Shown: piece by piece, positions 14,335-28,600 of the stretch
Layout: each line of letters starts with the position of its first letter
Position numbering within the stretch: position 1 is the first letter of the stretch
Assembly: GCA_951406725.2 (NCBI GenBank)
Contig: OX597832.1
Span: forward strand, 66,402,001 to 66,466,000
From: Octopus vulgaris
Lineage: Eukaryota
Length of the DNA: 64,000 nucleotides
Direction of reading: 5' to 3'
Made by a program: the position numbers and the translations under genes
The notes under the pieces: model-generated
The model's database searches: none
Told to the model about the DNA's origin: nothing
What the model saw: the letters and a program-made list of their open reading frames with translations, nothing else

Positions 14335-15834
14335 TGTGTGTGTGTGTGTGTGTGCATGTGTGTGTGTGTGTCTATGTATGTATGTATGTGTGTGTGTGTG
14401 TGTGCGTAACTTGTATCACATGACGGTCATTATGACTATTTGTCAAACGCACAGGTTCCATTTCAATTCTGTTACACTTTGCTGTCTGTACGTTAACTTT
14501 TAAACAATAAAACAATCGATATTTTGATGAATAACTTAATCTTGTCAAAAGAAATCTATCCCCAACTGCGCCCTTATCAAATCGATGAACCAAATGGTTG
14601 AATGTAAATACATTGAATGATAAAGATTACATTTGTGAAATAGAACCAGCACATGAACATTTTATTATAGTATCATCATCCCCCCAGCAATACAAGAAAA
14701 CCATTTTTTATCTCTGTATATATATATATATATATGAATGTGTACATGAGTCATGAGGTTTCAAATGTAGGCTAAATATCAAAAACCTATTAAGAATTCC
14801 CTAGCTGGTGTTGTACGGAATATCTCTGAAGAGATTGGAGATTACCACATGGTGTTATTTGAACATGGAATACAAAGAGGTGTAACAAAACAATGCGAAA
14901 CCGTTATTTCTGGCAGATCAAATTACTGTGTAAATGTTTTCTCCTTCACTCTCGTTTTTCAGTTCATTATGCTTGTTGTTATTCTCATTTCTTGGACATT
15001 GGACAACACCCAGTCATCATGAATTCTTTAACTATTTTGACAGGACATGTTTAAAATTTCAGTTTGTACACTACAAAGAATCTTATTTCCTGACGCTCAA
15101 AGCAATTTTAACTTCGCAGTTATCTCAAGTGAGAAAATAATATGGAAGCTTTTCCAAACATTTCCTGATAGTTTTTCAGAACCGCTTCTTTTAAAATATT
15201 AATAATAATTTTATGCAAAAATCTTTTGTTGTGTCCCAAGCATTGGCTTGATAGAGAAATAAATGTAGAAGTTATTTTACTAAATATACTACATCTGTTA
15301 TGAACCATGCAACGACTAGACTTTATATGCCTCAGGAGATTCACATCGTTCTCTGTTTTGCATTCGCATTCTTTTATTCATTTTCCCTTTCTATTGCTTC
15401 GTTTGTTTTCTTGGTTAGAATTCAGCTTTAAGCAGGAAATTTGTTAATAAAACGTTAATTAGTGAATTGTTTCTTTTCCGTTTTCGCCCGTTGCCTCTTT
15501 GTGTGAGAATACATTTATTTTTTTATGTTTCTTCTAAATGATGACTGAATTATATTTTCGCATATTTCTCGCTATGATCCATCATTGTTTCCTTTCTTCT
15601 CTCTTCCCTGAACCATTCAAAATTACCTCTAAGGTGGTATTTATTTATTCTTCTTATTCTTCATAGTTTTCTTACGATTTTTATATTTTCACATCACAGT
15701 GGTTTTAAATGCATGGACTATTTCGTTCAATATTAGTTTATAAAACATACACAATAATAATATCTGCCTGATGAGTAAGGCACTTATTTACATTCGTTTC
15801 TTACAATATTGAGGCTTGTATGTAGATGTAAACG

Positions 15835-15886
<52 letters not shown>

Positions 15887-15888
<2 letters not shown>

Positions 15889-16075
15889 TCTTTTACTCTT
15901 TTACTTGTTTCAGTCATTTGACTGCGGCCATATTGGAGCACCACCTTTAGTCGAGCAAATCGACCCGGTACTTATTCTATCGGTCTCTTTCGCCGAACCG
16001 CTAAGTGACGGGGACGTAAACACACCAGTATTGGTTGTCAAGCAATGCTAGGGGGACAAACACACACGCACATAC

Positions 16076-16160
<85 letters not shown>

Positions 16161-16322
16161 TACGACAGGCTTCTTTCAGTTTCCGTCTACCAAATCCACT
16201 CACAAGGCATTGGTCGGCCCGAAGCTATAGCAGAAGACACTTTGCCCAAGATGCCACGCAGTGGGACTGAACCCGGAACCATATGGTTGGTTAGCAAGCT
16301 ACTTACCACACAGCCACTCCTG
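15887..16322 (-). mobile_element. Full-length SINE, family 1
   Basis: Reverse complement of 11333-11738 with an expanded internal (TA)n. Confidence 0.9.
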
Positions 16323-16372
16323 TGAAGGTGCGTGATAAAAATAAGACTGATTGATAATAATAATAATAATAA
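16322..16372 (+). mobile_element. ~30 bp extreme 3' end of R4/Dong family A followed by (TAA)n
   Basis: GTGAAGGTGCGTGATAAAAATAAGACT is identical to the family A 3' end at ~18070-18096. Confidence 0.7.
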
Positions 16373-16719
16373 TATATATATATATCGTTAATTCAAATAA
16401 ACACATAATCAAAACACAGACGAAAAAAGCGAACATGAAGACGTGCAGATTAAATATATAAATTAGACGCTCTATGGAGGGAAATAATTGTTGTTAATGT
16501 TTCGAGCATATCTCTTCGTCGCAAAGAAGAGACAGTAGGAAAAATATGGGAAAATCATGAACAGTCTACGTGCGGTTGCATTTCTGATGTGACCGGAAGT
16601 AGAAGTAAGAGAATGTAGTATCTGGGACAGGATCGTGTGAAGATGGTCAGTGTATGTGTATGAGATTGTGTGTGTGTGTTGTGGCGTGTGTATTTATGAT
16701 AGCATGTGTGTGTGTGACA

Positions 16720-16769
<50 letters not shown>

Positions 16770-17359
16770 TCTCTCTCTAGCTAAATATGCTGTCTTTTGT
16801 CGGGTAATTTTCAGAATAGAATAGCTTGGTGGTCTTTCAGAAAATACACACACACATAAGTTGGTTTATCTCCATCCTGACGGTGATTTGTCAAATATTT
16901 TTTACAGCACACACTTGCAAGTGATAAAAGAACGCTTTCCCAAAAAAACGTTTTGAAAATTCATGAACCCCCACCGACTCTCCTTTCCCGAATGATTTTG
17001 TCCAATGTCCTTTGTACTATGCACCTAAAAGAAAGAGAAAGATATTTATGATTTTATTCAGCCTCTCCTCCCACGCTGAGTAAATATTTTAGCGAATTTG
17101 TTTTGTACTACACTCTTCAAAAGGTTTACCATGAGGCAAACGGGAAGCGAAAGAGTTTCACGTCTGTTACGTTGCTGTCACATATTTTGAAATGAAAAAA
17201 ACAAAACAAAAATCAAATGAAAATTTTCAAATTTTGGATATTGGCGTACTTCCTCATGCTGAATCAGAGACTGACTAATTTGTTCCATAAAATATTTAGT
17301 AAAATGTTACAAAAGTTTAAAGTTTAATCTTTTTCAAACAATCAGAAAACAGGATTTCT

Positions 17360-18101
17360 GCGTTATGGTGGCGATAAAGATGGTATAGGCACTCGCAAGG
17401 CGGCGAGCTGGCAGAAACGTTAGCATGCCGGCCGGGCGAAATGCGTAGCCGTATTTCGTCTGCCGTTACGTTCTGAGTTTAAATTCTGCCGAGGTTGACT
17501 TTGCCTTTCATCCTTTCGGGGTCGATTAAATAAGTACCAGTTACGCACTGGGGTCGATATAATCGACTTAATCCGTGTGTCTGTCCTTGTTTATCCTCTC
17601 TGTGTTTAGTCCCTTGTGGGTAGTAAAGAAATAGGTATAGGCACTCGCCAGAAAAAGTCACAGAAAATTAGAAAGCAACCACACTGTAGAATATGCCAAT
17701 GCACATAGATAGACAAATTAAGGACAATATGTTGGATATAGTTGTCAGAGATCGCCAAGGAAAACAATTTCTTTTTAATCGATGTATCAATGCCAACAGA
17801 TGACAATGTTTGTCTAAAAGAAATGGAGAAACTTTGAAGTTACAAAGATATGGAAACAGGGGTAACTCGAAACAATTCCTATCATCGTAGGCGCATTAGG
17901 TATGATAAAAAAAACATTCAGACAAGTATATAACAAAAACATACAATAAATAGCACTACAAGGTACCGCGCATATCCTACGTAAAACACTTTCAATACAG
18001 TGGAAATAATAGCAACGCAACTAACCACAGCATATACCCAAGGCACACAGAGTCGCGCTCGGAAGTGCAGTGAAGGTGCGTGATAAAAATAAGACTACTG
18101 A
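17360..18101 (+). mobile_element. Degenerate 5'-truncated R4/Dong-like element, family A, interrupted by a SINE
   Basis: Homologous to 18770-19300; ends at (TAA)n. Confidence 0.8.
17397..17633 (+). mobile_element. SINE family 2 with 15-bp target-site duplication
   Basis: TSD GGTATAGGCACTCGC at 17382-17396 and 17634-17648. Confidence 0.9.
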
Positions 18102-18142
18102 ATGATAATAATAATAATAATGATAATAATAATAATGATAAC

Positions 18143-18206
<64 letters not shown>

Positions 18207-18211
<5 letters not shown>

Positions 18212-19300
18212 TATCTACTTCAGAAGGAAGGAAAACTGATCCAGATAGCGGCAAAACACGAGCAAAACAAAAAACTGTTCTCAGTATTTAAGGAAGCTGA
18301 CAAATACAAACAAGAAATCATACCACCTAATAAACATGAAGAAGAAGAAGAAGATGAAGAAACAACAAAAGCTATAAAAAAAATGAAATCCAAACTAAAA
18401 ATAGAACAGCAAAGAACCATGATAAAACGATGGCAAGAAAAGCCCCTTCATGGTAAATACTGGACTAAACTAAACGCAAAAGAAATAGACAAAGAAAAAT
18501 CCCAGCAATGGTTGAGAAGCTCAGGACTCAAAGCAGAAACAGAGGGATTTTTAATTGCAGCACAAGACCAAAGCCTCCCCACCAGAAATTACCAAAAACA
18601 TGTAATGAAAAGAAATATTACAAGTAACTGCAGAATATGTGGAGATGGACAAGAAACAATAAATCATATTATCTCTAGCTGCCCAGTCCTGGCTAAGAAG
18701 GAATATATTCACAGACATGACAGAGTTGGAACTTACATACATTGGAAGCTATGCCAACATTATGGAATAACAACAGAAAAAAGATGGTATAGGCACACAC
18801 CAGAAAAGGTCACAGAAAACGAGAAAGCAACCATACTCTGGGATATGCCGATACACACAGATAGAGAAATTAAGGCCAACAGACCAGATATAGTTGTCAG
18901 AGACCATGAAGAAAAAAATGCTTTCTAATTGATGTATCAGTACCGGCAGATGACAACGTGTCTCTAAAAGAAATGGAGAAACTCTCAAAATACAAAGACC
19001 TGGAAATAGAGGTAACTAGAATGTGGAATCTGAAAACAGAAACAATTCCTATCATAGTAGGTGCATTAGGCATGATAAAAAAATATTCAGACAAATACAT
19101 AACAAAAACACCAGGACTTACAAACACATATAACATACAGAAAATTGCACTACAGGCACTGCACACATCCTACGCAGAACACTTTCCATACAATAACCAT
19201 CAGAGCATCACAACAAATCACAGCACATACCCAAGGCACACAGAGCTGTGCTCGGTAGTGAAGTGAAAGCACGCTATAAAAATAAAAATAAAACTACTGA
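18207..19300 (+). mobile_element. 5'-truncated R4/Dong-like element, family A (post-RT region, CCHC, RLE, 3' UTR)
   Basis: ORFs 18080-18928 and 18958-19266 contain WQEKPLHG, IAAQDQSL, CRIC...ETINHIISSC, RHD, RPDIVV, KYKDLEIE. Both ends abut (TAA)n. Confidence 0.92.
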
Positions 19301-19830
19301 ATAATAATAATAATAATAATGATAATAATAATAATAATAAAATAATAATAATAGAACAGACCTTCCTTAATTTTTCTTAAGCCTAATAGTAGTAAACATC
19401 TGAACTTTTTTTGACCGATAGGACCCCACCTAAAAAAAAAAAAATATATATCACTGATGGTGATGGTGATGATGGTGATGATGATAATAATGATAGTAAT
19501 AATGCTGATAATCTATCTATCTATCTATACACACACACTCAAAGAGTTCAACCAACACAAAGAAAGTATTATTTGACAGGCAAGAACTCTGGTGTTGAAG
19601 ACAGTCAGCCAGTCAACCACCAAGCCAGCCAACGAGACAGACAGACACTACTGAGATGGTGATAATGATAAAAAAACAAAAATAACAATAAGATACTGCT
19701 GTGACTACACATAAAACAATATCATTGATGATGATGGTGGTGATGGTGATGGTGATGATGATAATGATGATGGTAATGGTGGTGATAATGATGATAGTGA
19801 TGGTAATGGTGATGATAATAACAATAATAA

Positions 19831-22800
19831 GCCGACTACGGCTGCTATAATGGTACGATTATAATTGTAACGGCAATGATGGCCTCTCCCCACGAGCCAA
19901 TCAAAGCTAAAAAATGATAACATTATCGTAGCACCAAAATGTTTTTGGAAACTAAAAGGAAAACTAAATCAGTATACCAAATCGCTTGTCCTATGGTTAA
20001 TCTGGAAGCGCGTCCCCCAGGGAAGAGCCAGCCTGGGATCGAAAAGTCATCAACTGGCACAAACTCTTCTCCGAATACGGACATGGATGGTCACTTGAAC
20101 GGGAAATCCCCCAACTCGAGCCCTCCAAGTTCACCACCACAACCACCACAGAAAGAAAAATGTAAGCGGAACAAATGGACCCGAGAAGAGTATAAAGAAG
20201 TAATATACGCTTATTACTATGCATTAGGTAGGCCATCTCAAGAGAGACACACCGCAAACTCTTACAGTATATGGAGAACACGGAATCAAGACAGTAGGCC
20301 CTATTTGGACGAGAACAAATTAGCAAATGTGAGGAGGGATATCCTTAGAAATAACAGACTCACAGACAGTGAAATAAGTGCGATCAAGCACGCAACGGAA
20401 AATGACATAAATATAAGACACAAAGGAAATGAAGAATCAGATGAACAGTATAGCCCGCCACGAGGCTTAATTGAAAGACTGCCATCTGACCAAAGTACGC
20501 AAAGGCCTGAAGATACAAGAAATTCTATTGTACCTGTTAAAGATAGCCAGGAAAACGAAAAAACAACAGTAACTGAAGATCTCGCATTTGCTGAAGAACA
20601 CAGAGAGTCTATGGCAGAAATGAGGCAGAAAATCCTGAATACGCTTGAAGTTGTAAGACATACAAGTATGAATGATAGAGAACCACTTCATAAACTCTCA
20701 AATACAAACCAAAATAAAAAACAAATCCAAATTGGCAACTATGTAACAAATGAAATAATACGAGAATTAAAACCTGATTTTACTGAGTTAAATGAAATTA
20801 TTTACGCTTCTGCTAGGGCAATTGAAACCAGCTGTATGCCCCCGAAAAAACAAAGAAAACAAAACCTGGGAAGAAATCAAACCTGGAGAAGTAAAATTGA
20901 AAAAGAGATTGAATTTATGAGAGGGGAAATATCAATATTAAATGAACTAATATGTGGAAATGATGTAAGATCCAGAACAGGAAGAAAGATGAAGAGAAAA
21001 TTTGGATCCTCACCAAGAGAAGAACTGATATCAATAAAAGAAACGCTGAAACAAAAAGTCCAAGCAAAAGCCCAAAGAATACGAAGATTTGAGAAGAGAA
21101 ACAAGTTTTACAAGCAAAATAAGCTGTTCACATCCAATGCCAAAAAATTCTACAGAGAAATAGGGAAGGAGAAAGTAACCGTTAAAGACCCCCTCCCATG
21201 GAAGAAGTTCAAAACTTTTGGAAAAGGATTTGGAGTGACAAGAAGACGTACAACATAAATGCAGACTGGATTATACAAACTGAAGGATCCTACCAAAATT
21301 TACAACAACAAGCATGGGAAGACATCACAATAGCAGACCTAAGAAAGGCACTCACGAAGGCCCATAATTGGAAATCCCCCGGTAAAGATAGGGTGCCGAA
21401 TTTCTGGCTCGCATCGCTCCCATGCGCACACGGTAAGCTAGTTCAGCTGCTCAATGGAATTATGAGAGACCCAAAGAAAACACCTGAATGGTTAGCAAGT
21501 GGCATTACTTACCTACTCCCAAAGAATAACGAAACCAACCTTCCAAAAAACTATCGGCCTATAACCTGTCTATCCACCACGTATAAAATCCTAACATCTA
21601 TCCTGGCGGAAAAACATATGCATTCATGGAGAAGAACGATATTTTCCCCATTGAACAAAAAGGGTGCCGCCGAGGCTCTTACGGATACAAAGATCAACTG
21701 CTAATCAATCGTATGATCCTTGAGAACTGTCACAACAAGCGCAGAAATCTCAGCACCGCATGGATTGACTACAAAAAGGCATTCGACAGTATACCGCATC
21801 CATGGATCTTGAGATCGCTGGACATCTTCAAAATTTCCCCTGTGATTTCAAACTTCCTGAAGCACAATATGTCGTTGTGGAATACGAATCTCCAATTATA
21901 CCACTCTAATGGAGTACTTGCCTCAGAAAATATAAACATCAACTGTGGAATTTTTCAAGGTGACTCACTTTCACCTTTAATATTCTGCATAGCCCTAATA
22001 CCCCTTACAAGTGAATTAAACAGAACAGGGTATGGGTATAAAATTGCCAATAAAAAAATAAGCCATCTATTTTATATGGATGACTTAAAACTTTATGGTA
22101 AAGACAATAATGAACTTGAAGGCCTATTGCGCACCGTGAAAGCATTCAGCGATGACATCGGGATGGAGTTTGGACTTGAGAAGTGTGCCAAGGCCACTTT
22201 CCAGAAAGGGAAAGTGAAGACCACAAATTCAGTCGTGTTAGATGTTGACACAGTCATAAGAGAGCTTGAGCAAGAACAAACATACAAATATTTAGGGATA
22301 AATGAAGGCTCTGGTATTCAGCATGCAAGCATGAAAGAGAAAATCAGGAAGGAATGTTATAGGAGAGTTCGTGCAGTCCTGAAATCTGAACTAAATGCAC
22401 GTAACAAGGTGTTAGCTATAAATTCCTTAGCAGTTCCAGTTGTTACTTATAGCTACAATGTGTTGAACTGGAATATGAGTGAAGTAAAGAATATAGATAG
22501 AAAAATACGCAAGCTGCTGAGTTGTAATAGGATGCACCACCCAAAGGCAGACGTAGATCGCCTTTACCTTCCCAGAGCCCAAGGAGGTCGAGGCCTGATC
22601 CAATTTGAACTAGCTTACAAAACAACCACAATTGGACTGGCCAAATATCTCGAAATATCGAATGACTGGATGATAAAGCTCGTGGAAAATCACGAGAGAC
22701 GAAAGAAGCTTCATTCTATCATAAAGGAAAGAAAAAAAAATGCTATTGATCTCGTGCAGGATACCCAAACTGAACAACCCGAGGGAAGTACGGCAACTAT

Positions 22801-23793
22801 TGTTGCAAAGAAGGTGATAATGATGGCAATGAAAAAGCGCACGAGCAATTGTCTGATAGGTGGGAGGAGAAACCTCTGCACGGCAAATATGTGACCCGCA
22901 GCAAACAAGCTGATGTTGACCAGAAGCAACCCCATCAGTGGCTACGGAGCTCAGGGCTAAAAGCAGAGAGCGAAGGTTTCATCCTGGCTTCTCAAGATCA
23001 AAGCCTATTAACCCGGAACTACCAGGCCAATGTGATGAAAAATGGAGCAGACCCAAAATGCCGATTCTGCAACGACATGATTGAAACAGTGGACCACCTA
23101 ATCTCTGGATGTAAAGTCTTAGCACCAGTGGAGTATAAATTAAGACATGACAGAGTTGGCCAATATCTCCACTGGCTAATAAGTCGGCATTACAATATCA
23201 AAACTGCCGACAAGTGGTATAATCACCACCCTGAGGCTGTAACTGAAAGAGAAAATGTAACCATTCTGTGGGACTTTCCAGTACATACAGACCGAACCAT
23301 CAAGGCCAATAAACCAGATATTGTTGTGAAAGACCAAAACAATAAAGTTTGCTTATTGATCGACATGAGCATCCCCTGTGATCGTAATATCTCAGCGAAA
23401 GAGTTTGACAAGCTCAGAAAATATAAAGACCTACTCATTGAAATTGAGAAAATGTGGCATCTCAAGGCGGTTACAATACCAGTGATCGTAGGAGCACTAG
23501 GAATGATCAAGAAGGGAACCGAAAATTATATGAGAATGATCCCTGGCTTACCATCCCTGCAAGAAGTGCAAAAGATTGTCTTAACTGGTACATCACACGT
23601 ATTGAGAAGAGCATTGTCGATGTGAGAACTGTTGCTGCTCATGTATTTTAATTTAACTTTAAAAAAAAAAAAAATGAACGAACTACTGAGTTTGGTTTAA
23701 TGGCTTACCAATGTATACTATGAGTTTCTTTGCCCTAGGAGTCGGGAAGACACTCGGCAAGAAATGGAAGGAAATTTGAAAGAAGAAAAAAAA

Positions 23794-23795
<2 letters not shown>
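19831..23795 (+). mobile_element. Full-length R4/Dong-clade non-LTR retrotransposon, family B (~3.96 kb)
   Basis: Flanked by TAA repeats; ~108 nt 5' UTR, single long ORF, ~170 nt 3' UTR, then (TAA)n at 23795-23880. Confidence 0.93.
19939..23625 (+). CDS. Single ORF of ~1229 aa once three 1-nt frameshifts are corrected: N-terminal Myb-like region, reverse transcriptase, CCHC zinc knuckle, PD-(D/E)xK restriction-like endonuclease
   Basis: KWTREEYKEVIYAYY; KSPGKD; NYRPITCL; EQKGCRRG; WIDYKKAFDS; GIFQGDSLSP; YMDD; YKYLG; CRFC..ETVDHLISGC; RHD; KPDIVV..LIDMSIP..K..KY. No in-frame stops. Confidence 0.93.
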
Positions 23796-23851
<56 letters not shown>

Positions 23852-23880
23852 TAATAATAATAATAACAATAATAATAATA

Positions 23881-25458
23881 AGTACCTAGGGGTAATTGAA
23901 GGGAACGGAATAAGGCATTCAGAGATGAAGGAAAAGATCAGGAGTGAATGCTATCGAAGAGTGAGAGCAATACTCAAGACAGAGCTGAATGCAAGAAACA
24001 GGATCGAAGCGATCAATGCATTAGCCATACCAGTCGTGACTTACACTTTCAATATTGTTAACTGGTCAATTACTGAAATATGTCAGCTCGACAGAAAAAT
24101 AAGGAAACTGTTGACAATGCATAGAATGCATCACCCTAAGGCAGATACAGAACGACTCTATCTGCCAAGAAAAGAGGGAGGCCATGGTTTTTTGCAACTG
24201 GCAATAACAATGAAGATTGCTACAATTGGCCTAGACACCTACCTGAAAAATTCTGAGGACTGGATGTTAAAACTTGTCTCAAAACATGAAAACAAGAAAG
24301 CATCATACTCAGTCACAAAACAGACAAGGGAATATCTAAGTGAGTTCCGAATACAACCAATTTCGGAATTAGAGATAGACATACAAGAAACAAGCACATA
24401 AAAAGCTAGGCGCATGAAAACCCGTGCCAAAACTGCGGCCTTAGATATTCTGAATAATAAATGGCAAGAAAAACCTCTCTATGGCAAATACCCAAAGAGA
24501 GCGAATAATGCAGATATCGACAAAGCCCTGACACATCAATGGCTAATGGCCTCTGGCTTAAAATCTGAAACAGAGGGGTTTATCATAGCAGCTCAAGATC
24601 AATGCCTACCAACCAGAAACTACCAGGCCAACATATTAAAGAACGGCAGTAGCCCAACATGTCGCGTATGCCGACAACAAAATGAAACCATTGATCATGT
24701 TGTCTCCAAATGCAGTCTTCTAGCGCCTACAGAGTACCTCAGTAGGCATGATAGAGCTGCACAATATATTTACTGGGTAATTTGAAGAAACCTGGATTAG
24801 CCCCATGAAAAAAACTGGTGGGAACACAATCCACCTCCAGTGCTTGAAAATGACCACATCTCACTCCTCTGGAACTTCACCATTCAAACTGACAGGAAGA
24901 TAGATGCAAATAGGCCAGACATTATATTGAAAGACTTCAGACAAAGAACATGCCTCCTCATTGATATGACTGTCCCAATCGATATAAACGTATCTGTCAA
25001 GACCTACCAAAACCTGAGCAAATATAAAGATCTTGAAATAGAAATCAGCAAAATGTGGAAGCTGAAGACTAAAACAATACCTATTGTCATAGGTGCCCTG
25101 GGAATGATAGCGAAAGGGACTGATTGCTACCTAACTCAGATACCAGGAAAATCCACAATGGCAGAAATTCAAAAGATAGTGCTCATGGGAACTGCTCATA
25201 TCCTACGCAAAATACTCTCTATGTAATCCCAAGGTTTAAAACAAACTTTTTTTATTTTTAGTTTTTATTTATTTATTTATTTTTAATTTTTTTAATTTTT
25301 AAAATTTTAAAAATTTTTATGTATTAGACATTCACTAGTACAACACACAAAAAAAATCCCAAATATATGGCACAGAACTTCTAACCTGTTGTCTCTTGAG
25401 GTCCTCTGGGTGAGACTTGGAGCCAACTTGTACAGACATAAAGCAAAAGTCAAACATA

Positions 25459-25460
<2 letters not shown>
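23881..25460 (+). mobile_element. 5'-truncated R4/Dong-like element, family C
   Basis: Starts at KYLG (end of RT); contains HHPKADTERLY, CRVC..ETIDHVVSKC, RPDII..LIDMTVP; two stop codons; bounded by (TAA)n. Confidence 0.92.
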
Positions 25461-25538
<78 letters not shown>

Positions 25539-25604
25539 TTTAACTCAACGTGTTACAAGGGAATGATAATTACAATAATTATTATTATAATTAAAATAAT
25601 TGAG

Positions 25605-28600
25605 TGTTACTATCTGAGCAACCCTGTAGAGGAATATAGTGCTCATTTTAGGGGATACCGACAACCTATGTATGATCAATGGAGCGAAAGCGGATCGTTT
25701 GAACGGAACAGAGTTTATGAGATCAAGCTAGAGCAATAAGAAAAAAATTGTTGATTCAAAGAAGTAGAACTCGAAGCTAGTGAAAGGTGGATTTTGGAAA
25801 ACAGCAGCAGAGAAAACGATGAAAATACAGTTATTGCTGATAAAAATAATCTCATAGCAGAAAACAAAGGTGAGGTCTCTGATACAGCTCAGTAAAGGAA
25901 CAGTGATATCTTGCTCGATGAGAGACATATAGATTGGTCTGGAAGAACGCAATCTACGACGGAAAAAGGCAGGGGGACATTAATTGCAAACTTTAAAATG
26001 TTGATCGGTGGAAATTGAACCAAGAAACGAAAAATGTGAAGGAAATTCTGAAATACATCAGAACAGAAAACATCACCAAAAACAAATAATTTGATCAAGA
26101 CAGCAAGTATTCAGTAGAAAATGTGGGTGTTGATGTCCTGAAAATGAAATATAAAGAAAATGTCGAAAAAATATATCCACGGTGGAAAAGAAGAATACAG
26201 GCGGGGTTAGGTATGTTCATGAATGACATTTTTCATTTAGAGCGAAAAGAGAAGGAGAAGCTTAAACGCAAACAAAAGTACAGGGCACTCAGCAAGAAGT
26301 GTGATATTGAATGGAAGGACCTGAAAATGGTAATGAAGGAACTGAAACAGCACTTCTTGCAAAGAAAGCAAAGATGGTAAGATACGACCAAAGAATGAAG
26401 GGATAGCAGTAGAATAGGCTATTCAGAGTAGATCAGAAGAGATTCTACAAAGAAATAAATGGAGAGTGTACAGATAAAATGATGATACCACATACTATTG
26501 AAAGTCAAACGTTTTAATGAGCACAAGAAGGATGCTGAATGGTTGAAAGAATTGAAACAAACAGTAGTCTGTCAACAACAGGCAAAACTAGTCAACTTGG
26601 TTAGGGAAGTGAAAGAAATCAGCAAAAAATGGGTAGCTGGAAGGCCCCAGAGCAGATGGAGTAGAAAGCTATTGGATCAAAAGACTGGGTGAATCTCGTG
26701 CACGAATACCTGCACAACGCAACACCTGTGAATTGCCGAGCAAGTAACAGCAGACTGATTGCTAATGAGTAGGAAAGTGCTGTGCTTCAAAAACATTCAA
26801 AAAGACAATAAGTAGACAATTACAGGCCGATATCCTGCGTGCCACTTACGTGGAAAATATTGACTGGAATAGTCGCAGAGACAAGGTAGTAACATTGAAA
26901 AAAATGGAGTCATGCCACATAACCAGAAGGGTTGCAGGCGTAAGTGCAGAAGTATCAAGGATCAACACCAGGTAGACAAAACTGTACTTAGAGACTGCAA
27001 GAGGAAGAAAACTAACTTAGCCATGTCATGGATCGATTATCGAAAGTCATACGATATGATCCAACATTCTTGGATTATGGAATGTATGAACGTATGTGGT
27101 ATTGCATCGAATGTTGACCGATTTCTTGGAAAAAGCACGGCGAATTGGAGGACGGACCTGAAAGCATACAGAAGAAGTTTAGGGACAGTAGAAATCAGGA
27201 GTGGCATCTTCCAAGGGGACTGCCAGTCCCCACTGATCTTTATACTGTGTATCATACAACTAACTCTGATTTTGAGGAAAGCAAAGGCTGGGTATTTATT
27301 TAAAAGCCGCCAACTAAAACTCAAGCACTTGCTATTCATGGATAACCTCGAACTTATGGTGAAGATCAATCCCAAGTCAATCCCCATGTTGATACGGTGT
27401 ATATATTCCGTGCTGATATGAAAATGGAGTTCGGACTGAGAAAGTGTGGTGTATTAATCTTGAAGAGAGTCAAAATCGAATGTATGGACGGGCTAGCCAT
27501 ACCGCCGGGGGATGTTATGAAGCAGAGAGAAGAGACGGGCTATAAGTACTTAGGGATATTGGAAATGGATAAATTGATGGAGAAAGAAATAGAATTAACA
27601 GAAAAATTAAGGTAGAGCACTTGCGCAGACTGAGATTGATACTAAAGTCAAAATTAAACGGACGGAATAAAACTATGAACACCTGGGTTGTTTCACTCCT
27701 TAGATAGAGAACATGGGTTATCGCATGGAGAATAAACGAACTAGGCAGCTTAGACAGGAAGTCAGGGAAGTTGCTGACTAGATATAGGATACTCCACTAA
27801 AAAAGAAACACAGACAGATTAAAACGAAATAGCATCGTATGTAAAAATAAATACCACAGAACCGCTATATTATTGGAATTAAGAAAGTCAGGGATGTGTA
27901 GGATGGAAGATTGCAAAGATAAAGCACTGTACAAACACTTCAGAATGAATGAAACTGAAAATAGGTGGATAAAGAAAAGAATGCATGGACAATTTGAAAA
28001 TACAACAAACAGAGAAAAAAAGATGGCTATCGATGACTAAAAGTGTCTTAACACCGAAAATGGTACTGCCCAAGAGCAAGCATGAAGAACCAATTACATC
28101 AAATACAGAATAGACAACACATTGGAAAGTGATAAGTGCAGAATTTGTAGAGGAAATGGTGAAACCGTATGGCATATAACCTTTCAATGTACGCCACTAA
28201 CCAGAAAGAATATAAGAGACGTCATGACTTAATAGCACATATTGTCTATTGGACAATTTGCAAGAAGTATGGAATTGACAGAGCAAAAAATTTGTACAAA
28301 CATAAACCCGAAGGCATCATCGAAAAGGATAATCCAAAGATGTTATGGGATTTTATGTTTCAGTGCGACCATGAGGTAGAGAATAAGAAACCAGGCATAA
28401 TTTTAACTGAGAAAGAAAGCCAACCATGCTGGATAATAGATATAGCATGCCCCACTGACTGCAAGGTTTGCGATAGAGAAGAAATTTCAATACATTCAGA
28501 ATTTAAGCAGTTCTGGTCGTTGTGGTAGTAGTATCAATAAATGTTGGAGGCCTGGGAGCAGAGATTAAAAACCTTGAGAAGCACATGGAATAAATAAAGC

